Assembly: GCA_964449265.1 (NCBI GenBank) | Contig: CAYVAG010000001.1 | Span: forward strand, 19,717-83,716 | From: an uncultured Candidatus Peribacteria bacterium | GTDB lineage: Bacteria; Patescibacteriota; Gracilibacteria; BD1-5; UBA2023 | DNA: 64,000 nt | Reading direction: 5' to 3' | Part shown: positions 25,690 through 36,210 of the stretch, piece after piece | Position numbering within the stretch: the first letter of the stretch is position 1 | Layout: each line of letters begins with the position of its first letter | Notes under the pieces: model-generated | What the model was told of the DNA's origin: nothing | Seen by the model: the letters and a program-made list of their open reading frames with translations, nothing else | The model's database searches: none | Made by a program: the position numbers and the translations under genes

Positions 25690-26148
25690 TTATTTCCCTG
25701 CTACATTCTGCAGAAGGGTCCTTTTGTCTCATGGATAGCGGACATTCTCGAGATAGCGGACGATACTAGCAAAGATTTGGTACATATTCGGTTGTTCGAA
25801 GAGAAAAGCATTTCCTTCGAATTTCATAGGATTGAATTCCGTAAGGCCATATTTTTCCGCTCATACTCATGGTACGATAGGAACGATGCCATTTTTCATA
25901 AGTGCCGCCCTCGGAACTTTCTCTGTGAGAATATCGGTAACGAAACCATCGGCACCTTCTCGAGCGAGATCATCGATATGAGTAATCAGCTTTACTCAGA
26001 TGGCGTCAGTAGCGAGAGAGAGGAATTCGAGAATATCTGCATCTTCTACGTAAGAAAGGATGACTGCTCGGGTAGACTTCGGGAGAGCAAGAGTACGCAT
26101 GAGAAGAGCATGTTTTTCTTCTTTTTGATTTTTGAGATTCGTAGGCAT
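25690..26148 (-). CDS. stand-alone protein resembling the C-terminal part of a GT5/GT-B glycogen-synthase-type glycosyltransferase
   Basis: 152 aa: ...EGADGFVTDILTEKVPRAALMKNGIVPIVPGVGAEKYGLTEFNPMKFEGNAFLFEQPNMYQIFASIVRYLE..., like the GlgA tail (RYGtvPiV..tGGL.dtV......GtGF.F....). Three in-frame TGA. Plus-strand ORF 25777..26169 is its antisense. Confidence 0.45.
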
Positions 26149-26294
26149 AGGGTATGTATATGGGTATAGGATTAGATCTATAGTAGCATATGGGATGAGA
26201 AAAAGCGAAAAAACACACTTGACTCTTATAATTATATAGTTTTTTATATAGAAAAAAGATTGGATTTTTCGATTTTTCTGGATATAAACTCGTC

Positions 26295-27419
26295 ATGAAT
26301 AAGGATTTCTGGAAACAACTTGCCGAAAAATGACCGATCGTCGCACTCGCTCCGATGGATGGTTACTGTGATAGTCCATACCGCCAGATCGTGAAAAGGA
26401 TAGCGCCCGAAGTGGTGGTTTTTAGTGAATTTTACTCAGCAGATGGACTCGTCCACTCGAAAGACCTCCAGAAGAAGGCGCTCACACACGATCCAAGTGA
26501 ATATCCTCTCATCATCCAGATCTTCGGAAAAGACCCAGAAATGTTCCGTGAAGCCGCGAAAATCATCGAAGGATACGGAATCACAGGGATAGACATAAAC
26601 ATGGGGTGTCCCGCAAAGAAAGTCGTAAAAAGTGGACATGGATCGAGCCTCATGATCAATCGTGATACCGCATTTCGTATCGTAGAAGAGATGTCGAAAG
26701 CTGTAAAGATACCCGTATCGGTGAAGACACGCCTCGGATGGGAAAATCCAGAACTGCTCGTGGATTTCGTGAAAGGACTCGAAAATGCATGAGCCAATCT
26801 CATCACGGTGCACGGTCGCACTTATAAACAGGCATTTACTGGTAAGGCTGATTTTACGGGAATATATGACCTCAAGCAACATGTGAATATTCCCGTGATC
26901 TGTAATGGTGATGTCATGAGTTATGAGGATGGGGTACTGAAAATCGTGCACCCGGAGAATCGTTCCCGTCATCGCGAGGAACGAAGCAATCCAGGAACCT
27001 GGATTGCTTCGTCATCCACCACAGAAACAGGTGGACTCCTCGCAATGACGGAACCAAAAAACCTCGACGGATTCATGATTGGTCGAGCATCATTCGGTAA
27101 TCCTTGGTGTTTTCTCCCTGGTGGATATGAGCCAACATTCGAAGAAATCCTCACTACCATGAGTGAACATGGGAAGCTTCTCTGGCAATGGAAAGAAAGA
27201 AAAGGCATGATGGAAGCTCGCAAACACCTCGTACAGTATCTCCATGGATTCCCTGGGGTGAAAGAATACCGAAGTGAGCTCGTCCACGTAGAGGGTGTCG
27301 AAGATATAGAAAAGGTCATAGCAAAAATCAGGCTCGAACATCCGACGCTCCTCGGAGAAAAAATTTCCTCATATAATCCAGAGAGCGCTATGACCGTCTG
27401 GGGTTGTGGAACTGACTAA
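26295..27419 (+). CDS. dus: tRNA-dihydrouridine synthase (Dus family) carrying an in-frame insertion
   Basis: LAPMDGYCDSPYR, IDINMGCPAKKV, VKTRLGW, ITVHGRT, ICNGDV, MIGRASFGNPWCF. Two in-frame TGA. About 32 extra residues lie between NGD and MIGR. Confidence 0.88.
26966..27051. repeat. structured palindromic element inserted in frame in dus
   Basis: Outer arms CCGTCATCGCGAGGA / TCCTCGCAATGACGG (one mismatch) enclose a perfect 15-bp hairpin ACGAAGCAATCCAGG-AA-CCTGGATTGCTTCGT and a small hairpin CCACC-N9-GGTGG. Confidence 0.8.
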
Positions 27420-28549
27420 GGATGGAATATATTCTCATCATAACTATGGGGGAAGACTCGTACTTTCGCCTCAGGAAAGTGAGCTCGTATGTGTGATGCA
27501 AGAAATGGGGAAAATACTATATGCTCTGTACCACGAGGAAGAAGGTAGCGAATCAGACATATGTACCACCACTTGAACCATGCAACACTCGCCTTGGTAA
27601 AACTCAATCCTCTAAGAAAACTCCAGAGACAAGGATTCCCAGGAATTTCTCTTTCGAGAGTGATATCCTGAGGAAATGGTGCAATCAGCCCGACATCATG
27701 ATGAGAGAGATAGACATGAGTACTTGGATTTTTTTTTACATACTTCGCTACCGCAGAAACTCCCCATGGTCAGACATAGCGGAGAATAGAGTGCATCCAT
27801 ATGGCATCAGGATGAGTTTTTTCTAGCACGTGAGAAAGTCTAGTGCCTCTCCAAAAAGCAAAAACCGAGAAGATAAACATAATACGCCTCTTCCATGGGG
27901 TCGTCTTACCAGGATAAGAGAAGCATGCTACTTCCCTTCCTAGGGATATAAGTGCATGACTTACTGACTCTACATAGTATTCGGCTCATCCGATACGATC
28001 ACGGTAATCGTGAACGAGCAAAATCTTACGCTCACTCGCGAACAGAGTATCGAGAGATGCTCTCCAGGAATTATAGTTATAGAGTGAGACATCTATAAGA
28101 GGTAGATCTTGAGTACTATATTTCTCCAGCATGCTTAGGAGAGATATTACGGGATTTTTCGCATCGAGAGCGAGTTCATCTGGAATGAGTGAAGCAAGTC
28201 ATCCTTTCTGAAAGCCAATCACAGGAACACCGCAAGCAAGTGACTCGAGCGCTGTGAGTCCAAATGTCTCGAGAAATCTCGATGGCATGAAGAGAAAATC
28301 ACTCTCACGATAGAGTGAAGCGAGTTCCTGAGGAGAGATCTTTCCGAGGTACTGTACAGATGGATATATACGAGTCAATTCTCGGATCTCTTCCTCATAG
28401 AGTCCATCAGAGGTGATGGTCCATGAAACTTGGTCTCGAAGAGTATCATGAAGTGCTATTTTTTCTATAGCCTCTATGAGAATATCCACTCATTTCTCGA
28501 GGACAAGCCGGGAAGCAAAAAGGATATGTATCTCTTTAGGGTTTGGCAT
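27416..28549 (-). CDS. circularly permuted GT4/GT-B glycosyltransferase (C-terminal-type half first, N-terminal-type half second)
   Basis: One 377-aa frame, checked codon by codon, with four TGA. Residues 1 to about 125: HILFASRLVLEK-G-VDILIEAI...FMPSRFLETFGLTALESLACGVPVIGF. Residues about 170 to 377: RKILLVHDYRDRIGGAEYYVESVSHALISLGREV...VRVFPHSYDENIFHP-stop. Confidence 0.75.
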
Positions 28550-29867
28550 GAGGTTTTTCTATAGGTGCGAGAAAGAGTCCAAGTATGAGAAATAGCGTAA
28601 GTGCAACATGAGATGATTCAAAAGTATGTAAGAAAAGATTCATGGTTAATATAGCAGTAAACATTCCAAGAATGATGATATGTCGAGGCCAGAGACCATA
28701 GAGTATGAGTCCCATAAGTGAACTAAAGGCTAGAAATCACAATATTCCTCATTCGATGAGCTGTTGGATATACCAACTTTCTGGAATATATTTTTTATCG
28801 AGTTCTTCGATCTCACTCCGAGGTTTGAGTGCAAGATTTTCCAAGTATCGGTATGCTGGACCGGCACTTCAGAGTCAGTGTCAGAAAGGATTTTCGAGAA
28901 AACGCTCCATTCCTATTTTCATACGTTCCGCATGTCAGTTTGTCGATCATCCTCGAGTGATAAGGGCAGCCATGTTTCCAGAATACTGGAAAAATATACC
29001 ACCAATCACAAACACTGTAAGAAAAGTAAGAGCAAGGAATTGTTTCTTGTATTTCTTATAAATTTTTGGAAGTAGGAAAAGTATGATAATACTAAGTCCA
29101 AGGATTAGTCAGATAATAGCACTTCGAGAATAGGTATAAAAAAGGAATACTGCTAATCCGAGGAGTCATCCTCAAATCACAAAATACCAATCTTTATAAT
29201 TCCGGAAGTAGTATGCCAAGACTCCCATATATATCAGAATATAAGCTCCCATCGTATTTGGACCGTCGAGTATTCACTGAAATCTCCGTACATTTGCTCC
29301 ATCGACACCATGAAATATAGTGGGAGGTCATCCAAATTGCCAATTAGAAGGATTCCCAGAGTATCCTACATACCGGAGAAGATCTTCTGAGAATGGCCAT
29401 TTGAGGAGCATACTGATAATGAGCATGATACCTCCTGAGATGAGAAATAACTTGAGATAGTATGCGATCGGTTCACTCAGAAAAGAGCGACCATGATAGA
29501 GAATAAAAAAAATGATAAGAAAAGAAAAATCATACTTCCCCCCATACACCATTCATACAAGTCCTGTGGTGAAGATTGTTATGAGAATCATGATGCCTAT
29601 GTAGAAAAAGAGAGTTATATCATATCGAGACCATAGTATTTTTTTATATCCAGAAATATGAGCCAATACGAGAGTAGCGAGCATGATAAATATAAGAATC
29701 TCTTTGAGAAATGAAATACCTGGTATTCCCACTTTTTGACTAAAAAAAACAGAAAGAATAGTATAAAATGGAAGAAATGCTATAAGAAGTCGCAAGCTCC
29801 AATCAAAATATTTTTCGATACGATACATAGAAGGAAAGATAAAAATGTTCTTGCGAATAATACGCAT
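28536..29867 (-). CDS. O-antigen ligase / polymerase-like (Wzy_C-type) polytopic membrane protein
   Basis: Continuous frame with many TGA. About 10 hydrophobic segments and an external loop GHAERMKIGMERFLENPFGHGLGSAGPAY. Start at ATG 29867 is preferred; ATG 29921 would overlap the divergent ferredoxin gene. The stop overlaps the next gene by 14 nt. Confidence 0.65.
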
Positions 29868-29909
29868 TTCTCTATAATGCACAAGCAAAAATACAGTAAT
29901 ACCTCTCTT

Positions 29910-30185
29910 ATGAACGAACAAGCCCTAGAAAAACTCAAAAATTGACTCAAAAAACCTCATGTAAATAGTACATGTATCGGGTGTAGTGCGTGTACTGCCA
30001 TATCGGGAAATGTCTTTGAACTCGATGACAATGGACTCTCTCGCGTAAGAAAGTGTGATACCTACGAAGGACAAGACGTGGATGACTCTATCGCTGCTTG
30101 CCCGGTCAATGCAATCAGTTGGCAAGAAATGGATGAAAATGGAGAATATACAAATGGCGTCACTGAGCACATGGATGTAGCCTAG
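29910..30185 (+). CDS. small ferredoxin (single Fe-S cluster type)
   Basis: 91 aa with CIGCSACTAI...AACPVNAI (CxxCxxC...CP). One in-frame TGA; TAG stop. Confidence 0.7.
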
Positions 30186-31408
30186 ACAGTCACTCTTCTT
30201 TTTTTAGAAAACTCATATCCCATTCATGGATTCTTCTCCATATAACGCGATATATTGAGGAGTATACCCACAGCTATCATCAGTGAGATTAGCGAGGATC
30301 ATCCATAACTGACGAAAGGAAGAGTAACTCCAGTAAGGGGAATGACATTAAGATTCACTCAAATATTGATAAACACTTGGACTAAGATCAGACTGCCTAT
30401 GCCGATGGCAAGATTTTTGGCAAATGGGTCTTTCACAAAACGAGCAATCGTGAAAGCCCTATATACAATAGAAAAATAAGCAGTAAGTAGAAGAATAGCT
30501 CAGAGAAATCACAGCTCTTCTACAATCACTGAGAATACAAAATCGCCCTGAACCTCAGGAAGGTAGCCAAATTTTTGTATCGACTTTCCGAATCCCAGAC
30601 CGAAAAAGCCCCCACTTCCAAGCGCTATCAGTCACTGTTTTATCTGATAATCCTTATCATCTGTTTCTTTTTTGGAAAAAAGAGTTTCGTTTTTCTGAAA
30701 AAAGTTATCGATACGCGTAGAGATATAATTGAGCTTGCTCTTATTTTCTCATCATGATCCTATCTTTCCGATCCCATATATCGAAGATGCTCAGACAAGA
30801 CATGTGATAAAGAGAATACTCAGGTAGCGGACGTTCCCTCATCCCATAAAGTAGAGAGCGATAACTACAGGAGCAATGATGAGTATAGATCCGAAATCTG
30901 GTTGGAGAGCAAGGAGAAAAAATATCGCACCAACGATAAAGAAATAAGGAAGAAAGCCTTCCTGAAAATCAGCTAAAAGAGATCGTTTCTTTTTTATAAA
31001 AAAGGCAAGGTATACGAGAAGTCCAAGTTTTGCAAACTCAACGGGTTGTACAGAGGGCAGTCCAGGAATATCGAGCCATCACTTAGAACCATTGTACTCA
31101 ACTCCAAAAATCAATACACCCAATAACGTAGAGAGGGCAAGAACGAGGATCATCTTACTGTACTTCTCGAAAACAGTATAGGAAATCTTCGAGAAAATAA
31201 TAAGGAGTACCACTCCGATAATTACGTGAGCTATATTTCTTGCGAGGAAATAGTAGTTATTGGGTTCAGAAATAATACCTCTACTCACCATCTGAGAGGT
31301 AATCTTAAATGATGGATATACACTCACAGAGCTGATCATGATCATCCCGAATATGACGAGAGCGATCACGATGAATACCAGAGTCGTATCGATAGATTTT
31401 TTATACAT
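30182..31408 (-). CDS. ftsW: SEDS-family peptidoglycan polymerase FtsW/RodA
   Basis: 408-aa polytopic frame. [48 protein letters not shown]-[TGA]-SSL. Confidence 0.88.
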
Positions 31409-31411
31409 ACA

Positions 31412-32047
31412 CTATACCCTTCTTCGCAGAAGAAAGTAAGAAACTGGGATAGCAAGGAGCAGGAGGAAAATAGGATTCATACCAGTGAGAGGAAGCTCTT
31501 CAGTGGGTGTCGGTATTGTTTCTTTTATTGGCTCTTCTTTTACTGGAGCAGGATCTTTTGTTTCAGTTTTCGTCTCTTTTACGATGACGGCAGCAGGATT
31601 TGGGGCAGCGCTCAGAGAAGTACTAAATTTTTTGAGCGGAACAGGAGCACTGAAGTCTTTGAGGGCTTCTGCACCGTCAGTGATAGTAGATCCACTAATT
31701 CCGACAGCAGCGATAGCAGTGATACTATAAGAACCACCTTCTATGAGATCATCTCCGAGTGTGAGATCGACTGCTTCAGGAGCATCAGTGACACCAGTGA
31801 GGATATTGATACGGATAGTACTATTATCAGATTGTTTATTGACCTTCAGGGTAACAGTATCGACCTCCACAGCTTCTGTGAAGACGACTCGGATATGCTG
31901 GTTATCTATAACTTTCACAGTAGCGAGAGATAGGCTTGCTCCTGTAGAAAGGGCTCACGAGCCATCAGTATCTGCTCCAAAAGACATTCCTGAAGAAATC
32001 ATGAGAAACGAAACAAGAGAAATGAGAAGGAGGAAAATATGTTTCAT
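31412..32047 (-). CDS. LPXTG-anchored surface protein
   Basis: Signal peptide MKHIFLLLISLVSFLMISSGMSFG. Ig-like beta-rich middle, Pro/Thr/Lys linker, then LPLTG plus hydrophobic helix plus RRRV-stop. Confidence 0.7.
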
Positions 32048-32100
32048 AACTTGATAATTAGAAAAAATGGATACACTAAAGAAGATAATAAAAAAATGTT

Positions 32101-32664
32101 ATGAAAAGGCAATCATTCCCTTCACAATCTGGCTTTACATTATTCGAATTAATGATTGTAATAACAGTTTTTTCGATTTTTGTCTTGATAACCAGTAGTT
32201 TCGACTGGAGACCTCAGACAGATATAGAAAAAGCAGATCGTATGATGATCGTAGTATCGAGCACTCTGCGCACTGAGATGCAGAACATATCTATCGGAAA
32301 GATGCCAAGAAGAGATGGAAAAACTGCAACCACTACATCTATCATTGTTTCTACAGGCGGACTTACTACCACATACAACAGTACTATCCACGGGGTGATA
32401 GGAAGTGGTACATTTCTCTCGCCGTTTTTTGATGGTGATACGAAGTACCTCATACGGAGTGTAACCTGGACGGGAAGTACGACTACTAGTGGGACGACAG
32501 GAACGGGAGATCTCATAATCACACCACAGGGCGTCAGTTTCAGTGGTGCTGGGATCTACGGTTCTGGATATACTCTTCTCGAAGTACGTGTGGGATACAA
32601 TAACGCCACACGTAAGGTAACACTCGATCGAAGAACAGGAAAAATCACTGAGAGTAAGCAATAA
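32101..32664 (+). CDS. type IV prepilin / pseudopilin
   Basis: Class III signal MKRQSFPSQSG|FTLFELMIVITVFSIFVLI (Gly -1, Glu +5), followed by a Thr/Gly-rich globular domain. Confidence 0.85.
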   Translation: MKRQSFPSQSGFTLFELMIVITVFSIFVLITSSFDWRPQTDIEKADRMMIVVSSTLRTEMQNISIGKMPRRDGKTATTTSIIVSTGGLTTTYNSTIHGVIGSGTFLSPFFDGDTKYLIRSVTWTGSTTTSGTTGTGDLIITPQGVSFSGAGIYGSGYTLLEVRVGYNNATRKVTLDRRTGKITESKQ

Positions 32665-33183
32665 TTAGAGACCGATCCAGTAAAGTTTCAGATTTTTCTG
32701 ATCTCTCTCTCGCCATACCATCCGATCAAAAACTCCACCACAGCGCTCTATGGTCTTCCATGAGGCAGGATTATCTTCATCCGCAGATATGAGTACTTTC
32801 TCGAGTCAGAGCTTTCGAGCTTCCTCGAGACCCAGAAAAAGCATCTCTTTAGCGAGTCACTTCCCTCTTGCACTGGGACAGAGTCAGTAGCCAATATGTC
32901 CTCATCCATCGCCATCAGGAGCGAGTCTCGGATGGTCGATATGATGACGGATCTGGATAGCTCAGAGTATCTCGTCGTCATCCATGAAGAAAAAGAGCGT
33001 ACTATTCACTCACCAGGCGTTAGCAGTCATATCTTCAGAGATGATCTGGAGAAATTCTTCATAACTTTCTCATACAAAAAGCCTCCTCGGACTCACTGGA
33101 GTTTCTTCTGTACTTTTCCACGCTGCCATCATATCGAGATAACGGGATTTATGTGAGATGTTGGGAAACTCGAGGTGGAGCAT
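32665..33183 (-). CDS. GNAT family N-acetyltransferase
   Basis: 172 aa with eight TGA. Acetyl-CoA loop HIGY-G-LCPSARGKGLAKEML..., ...NPASWKTIERCGGVF. Confidence 0.7.
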
Positions 33184-33184
33184 A

Positions 33185-33652
33185 CTATTTCATCAGTTTC
33201 ATAAATGGAACATCCTCGATCCAGTTAGCGCCAAGTTTTTGGTAGAATTGTATTGTTGGTATATTTTTCTTCCAGACTCAGAAATAAAGGCCGATAGAAT
33301 CAGGGTGACTTTGGAGTTTTGCTATTAGTGACTTTGCGGCTCACATTCATCGAAATTTTTCGGTTACAAATAATTCGATCATGTATATCACTTTACCCTG
33401 CATATCATCAGGATCAAATCAATAATGGTAGAGAGTAAAACCTATAATTTCTCAATCAATTTTTGCTAGATACCCTGAAAATACTTTATCTTTTCAAAAT
33501 GCATATGTGAGGAATTGCCTCTTTTTTGCTTCTTTATCGAACGGTTCACGCTCAATAGTAGAAAGCGATGTAATATAATCATCGAATTCTCATGCAAGTT
33601 CTACTACCCTGTCGAGATGTTCCATTCTCAGTGGAATAATTTCGAGTTTCAT
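33185..33652 (-). CDS. GNAT family N-acetyltransferase
   Basis: 155 aa. IIGFTLYHYGFDP...IELFVTEKFRGMGAAKSLIAKL...FYQKLGA. Stop lies 1 nt before the next GNAT start. Confidence 0.7.
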
Positions 33653-33670
33653 AATCGTAATTCATTATTA

Positions 33671-34810
33671 CTAATTCACTCCCACCACTTCCCTCACCAC
33701 CTTCATCTTCTCTTCGAGTCGAGCGTTCATGATCCTTGCACCTTCGGCGAGTTTCGCTTCGACGAATGGGATATCCTGAAGGAGTTTCTCTCGAGTCGCA
33801 CGATACGGTGCGAGATAGCGAGTGAGGACTTCGAGAAGTGCGCTCTTCGCGTGACCGTATCCGAATCCGATATTCTCTGACTCATATTTCTTTCTGAGTT
33901 CTTTTGTTTCTTCTGGTGTCGCGAATACTTTATAGAGATTGTAGACATTGCACTCGTCAGGATTTTTCTTGCGTTCGTCGACTCACTCAGAACCTGTCAC
34001 GATCGACATGACGCGCTTCTTCATAGTCTTCTCATCGTCGAATATCCCGATGAAGTTATCGTAGCTCTTGCTCATCTTGCGACCATCGATACCAGGAAGC
34101 GTCGCGACGGACTCTTCTATGATCGCCTCAGGCTCGGTGAATACTTCCCTTCCATATGTTTTATTGAACGCTCTTGCGATATCTCTCGTCATCTCGAGGT
34201 GCTGGATCTGGTCTTTCCCGACTGGCACAGCATCACAGTCATATCCGATGATATCTGCTGCCATAAGGATCGGATAATTGAAGACTCACATGTTGATACT
34301 TTCAAGAGTCATAGCATCATCAAAGGCTTGAGGAAGTATATCTACTTTTATTTCATCGACCAATTTATCAATGAAACCATAAATATCATTATTGCCATTA
34401 AAATGCTCATTTTGAGAGATCTGCTTTCTTAATCAGAGAATTTTATTACCAATACTTTCAATTGATTTATTAATATTATCCTTTGAACTATGCGCCCGAA
34501 GCATCAACGAATATGGTGTCACATTCGCGATGATCCACATGAGACGGGTGATATCAGTGATATCCGACTGGCGGAATATCGTGATCGGTGTATCGACTCC
34601 GTAGATCGAAAGATACTCTATAGCAAGCTCGATCGACTGATCACGGAGCGTCTGGCCATCCTTCACACTCGTGAGTGCATGGAGATCCGCGATGAATATG
34701 GCAGCATCGTTCCCCTTCGCTATCTTCGCGAATGGTAGGACCGCACCCATGAGGTTCCCGAGATGCATAGAGGAGCCTGTCGGCTTCACACCGGTGATGA
34801 TTTTTTTCAT
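33671..34810 (-). CDS. trpS: tryptophanyl-tRNA synthetase with an insertion of about 48 aa
   Basis: HIGH-type [47 protein letters not shown]. Three in-frame TGA. The insertion lies between AHSSKD and GVFNYP. Confidence 0.9.
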
Positions 34811-34987
34811 AGAGAATAGAATTTATAGGGTAAATATAAGGAAAAAAGAGGAAATCGCAAACTGAGGTCTCTATCATCATACAGAGATAGAGAGTGGCAC
34901 TACCAAAAGACGAACTTATTGCGTATTGATCAGGAATAGATAAGATAGGGTTTATAAGTCGTCTGTTTACTCTTTATTTTCTTCTCT

Positions 34988-35353
34988 ATGGATACCCTCT
35001 CACCTGCCGCGCTCCGCGAAAAACGCATCTTCCGTATGACTCAGATTGTCTGGTACTTTCTCTATATCATAGAGACATTTCTCGTGCTACGATTTGTCCT
35101 GAAGCTTCTCCAGGCAAATCCAAGTGCAGGCTTCACAAAACTTATCTATCAGTTTAGTAGTATCTTCACAGAGCCATTTCGATATGTCTTCCCGACACCT
35201 GTAGTCGAAGGGAGCGTTTTCGAGTGGACGACACTTCTGGCTCTCGGTGTCTACTGGCTCCTAGCACTCGGTATCATACGCCTCATCTGTATGGGGCGCC
35301 CTGTGACACGCGAGGAAGCGAAGGTCAAACTCGATCAGGAAGAGGTAGAGTAA
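34988..35353 (+). CDS. YggT family membrane protein
   Basis: 121 aa with YGGT-type helices (IVWYFLYIIETFLVLRFVLKLL...). Confidence 0.7.
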   Translation: MDTLSPAALREKRIFRMTQIVWYFLYIIETFLVLRFVLKLLQANPSAGFTKLIYQFSSIFTEPFRYVFPTPVVEGSVFEWTTLLALGVYWLLALGIIRLICMGRPVTREEAKVKLDQEEVE

Positions 35354-35394
35354 GCTGAGGGAAGTTTATGAAACTCTAGAGACTGCTATTAAAG

Positions 35395-35426
35395 ATAATA
35401 CTATCAGAGGATAGTATTATTATTTC
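35395..35426 (+). terminator. intrinsic terminator after yggT-like gene
   Basis: Perfect 11-bp stem ATAATACTATC-AGAG-GATAGTATTAT, then TATTTCT. Confidence 0.55.
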
Positions 35427-35437
35427 TCATAGAAAAT

Positions 35438-35466
35438 AGATACGAGTAAGTGACTTACTCGTATCT
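35438..35466 (-). terminator. hairpin/terminator after the minus-strand GNAT gene
   Basis: Perfect 14-bp stem AGATACGAGTAAGT-G-ACTTACTCGTATCT. T-rich on the minus strand after the stem. Confidence 0.45.
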
Positions 35467-35510
35467 AAAGAAATAAAAAGAGGAATCGCAAATACGATTT
35501 TCTCTGATTG

Positions 35511-36068
35511 TTAGTCAAATCATTGAAAACATCAGGAAGGCGTAATATGTGATAGACTACTACTTTTTAGATAACATCGAGCCTTTTTGTGGAATTCCTC
35601 AATGCCTCATATCATCTTTGGCGCGAGATGCTTCTCTCATTCAGCAAGATACTCAGCTGGGAATTTTATCTGCCTAAATCAATTTTTCTCAAAAATTGGG
35701 TACATCCTTGGATTTACTGTGGCGCTGATAATCTTTTTACAGTAGTCTTGTGAGAGAGATAATCTTTTTACAAGTGAATTTCCTATGCTCATATTTCAGT
35801 GTCGGAAGTCTACTACTACGGAACCAATCTCTTCATCTGTAGTGTATCATGGAATACGGCTACCGTATTTACTCGCTTGTCATACAATAGTATTATCGAG
35901 TACTGCGACGACACTTCACTCGTATCGTTCTCGCATCTCTTCAAATGTATGTGGTATGACGGTCGGATCTTGTTGGTATGCTTTTCTGAGGAGTCAGGAC
36001 GTAGAGTCAGCATATGTCTCGCTGTCGCAGAATTCGCGAGCAGTGAGAATAGTATAGTTTGATTTCAT
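35511..36068 (-). CDS. GNAT-like acetyltransferase
   Basis: 185-aa frame with nine TGA. VVAVLDNTIV-G-QAS...EIGSVVVDFRH-G-NMSIGNSLVKRL...VNPRMYPIFEKN-G-FRQI. Confidence 0.5.
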
Positions 36069-36210
36069 ATATTTAAAATTTAAGGAAAAATAAAAATTCT
36101 GCCACGAGTTTCCTCATGACAGATTCTAGAAAAAAGTTTCACTAAAATATTCGCCAATGAGGAAAAGGTAAGTTCCACCAAGATGTGAGGAATACTATAG
36201 GGCTCATGAC

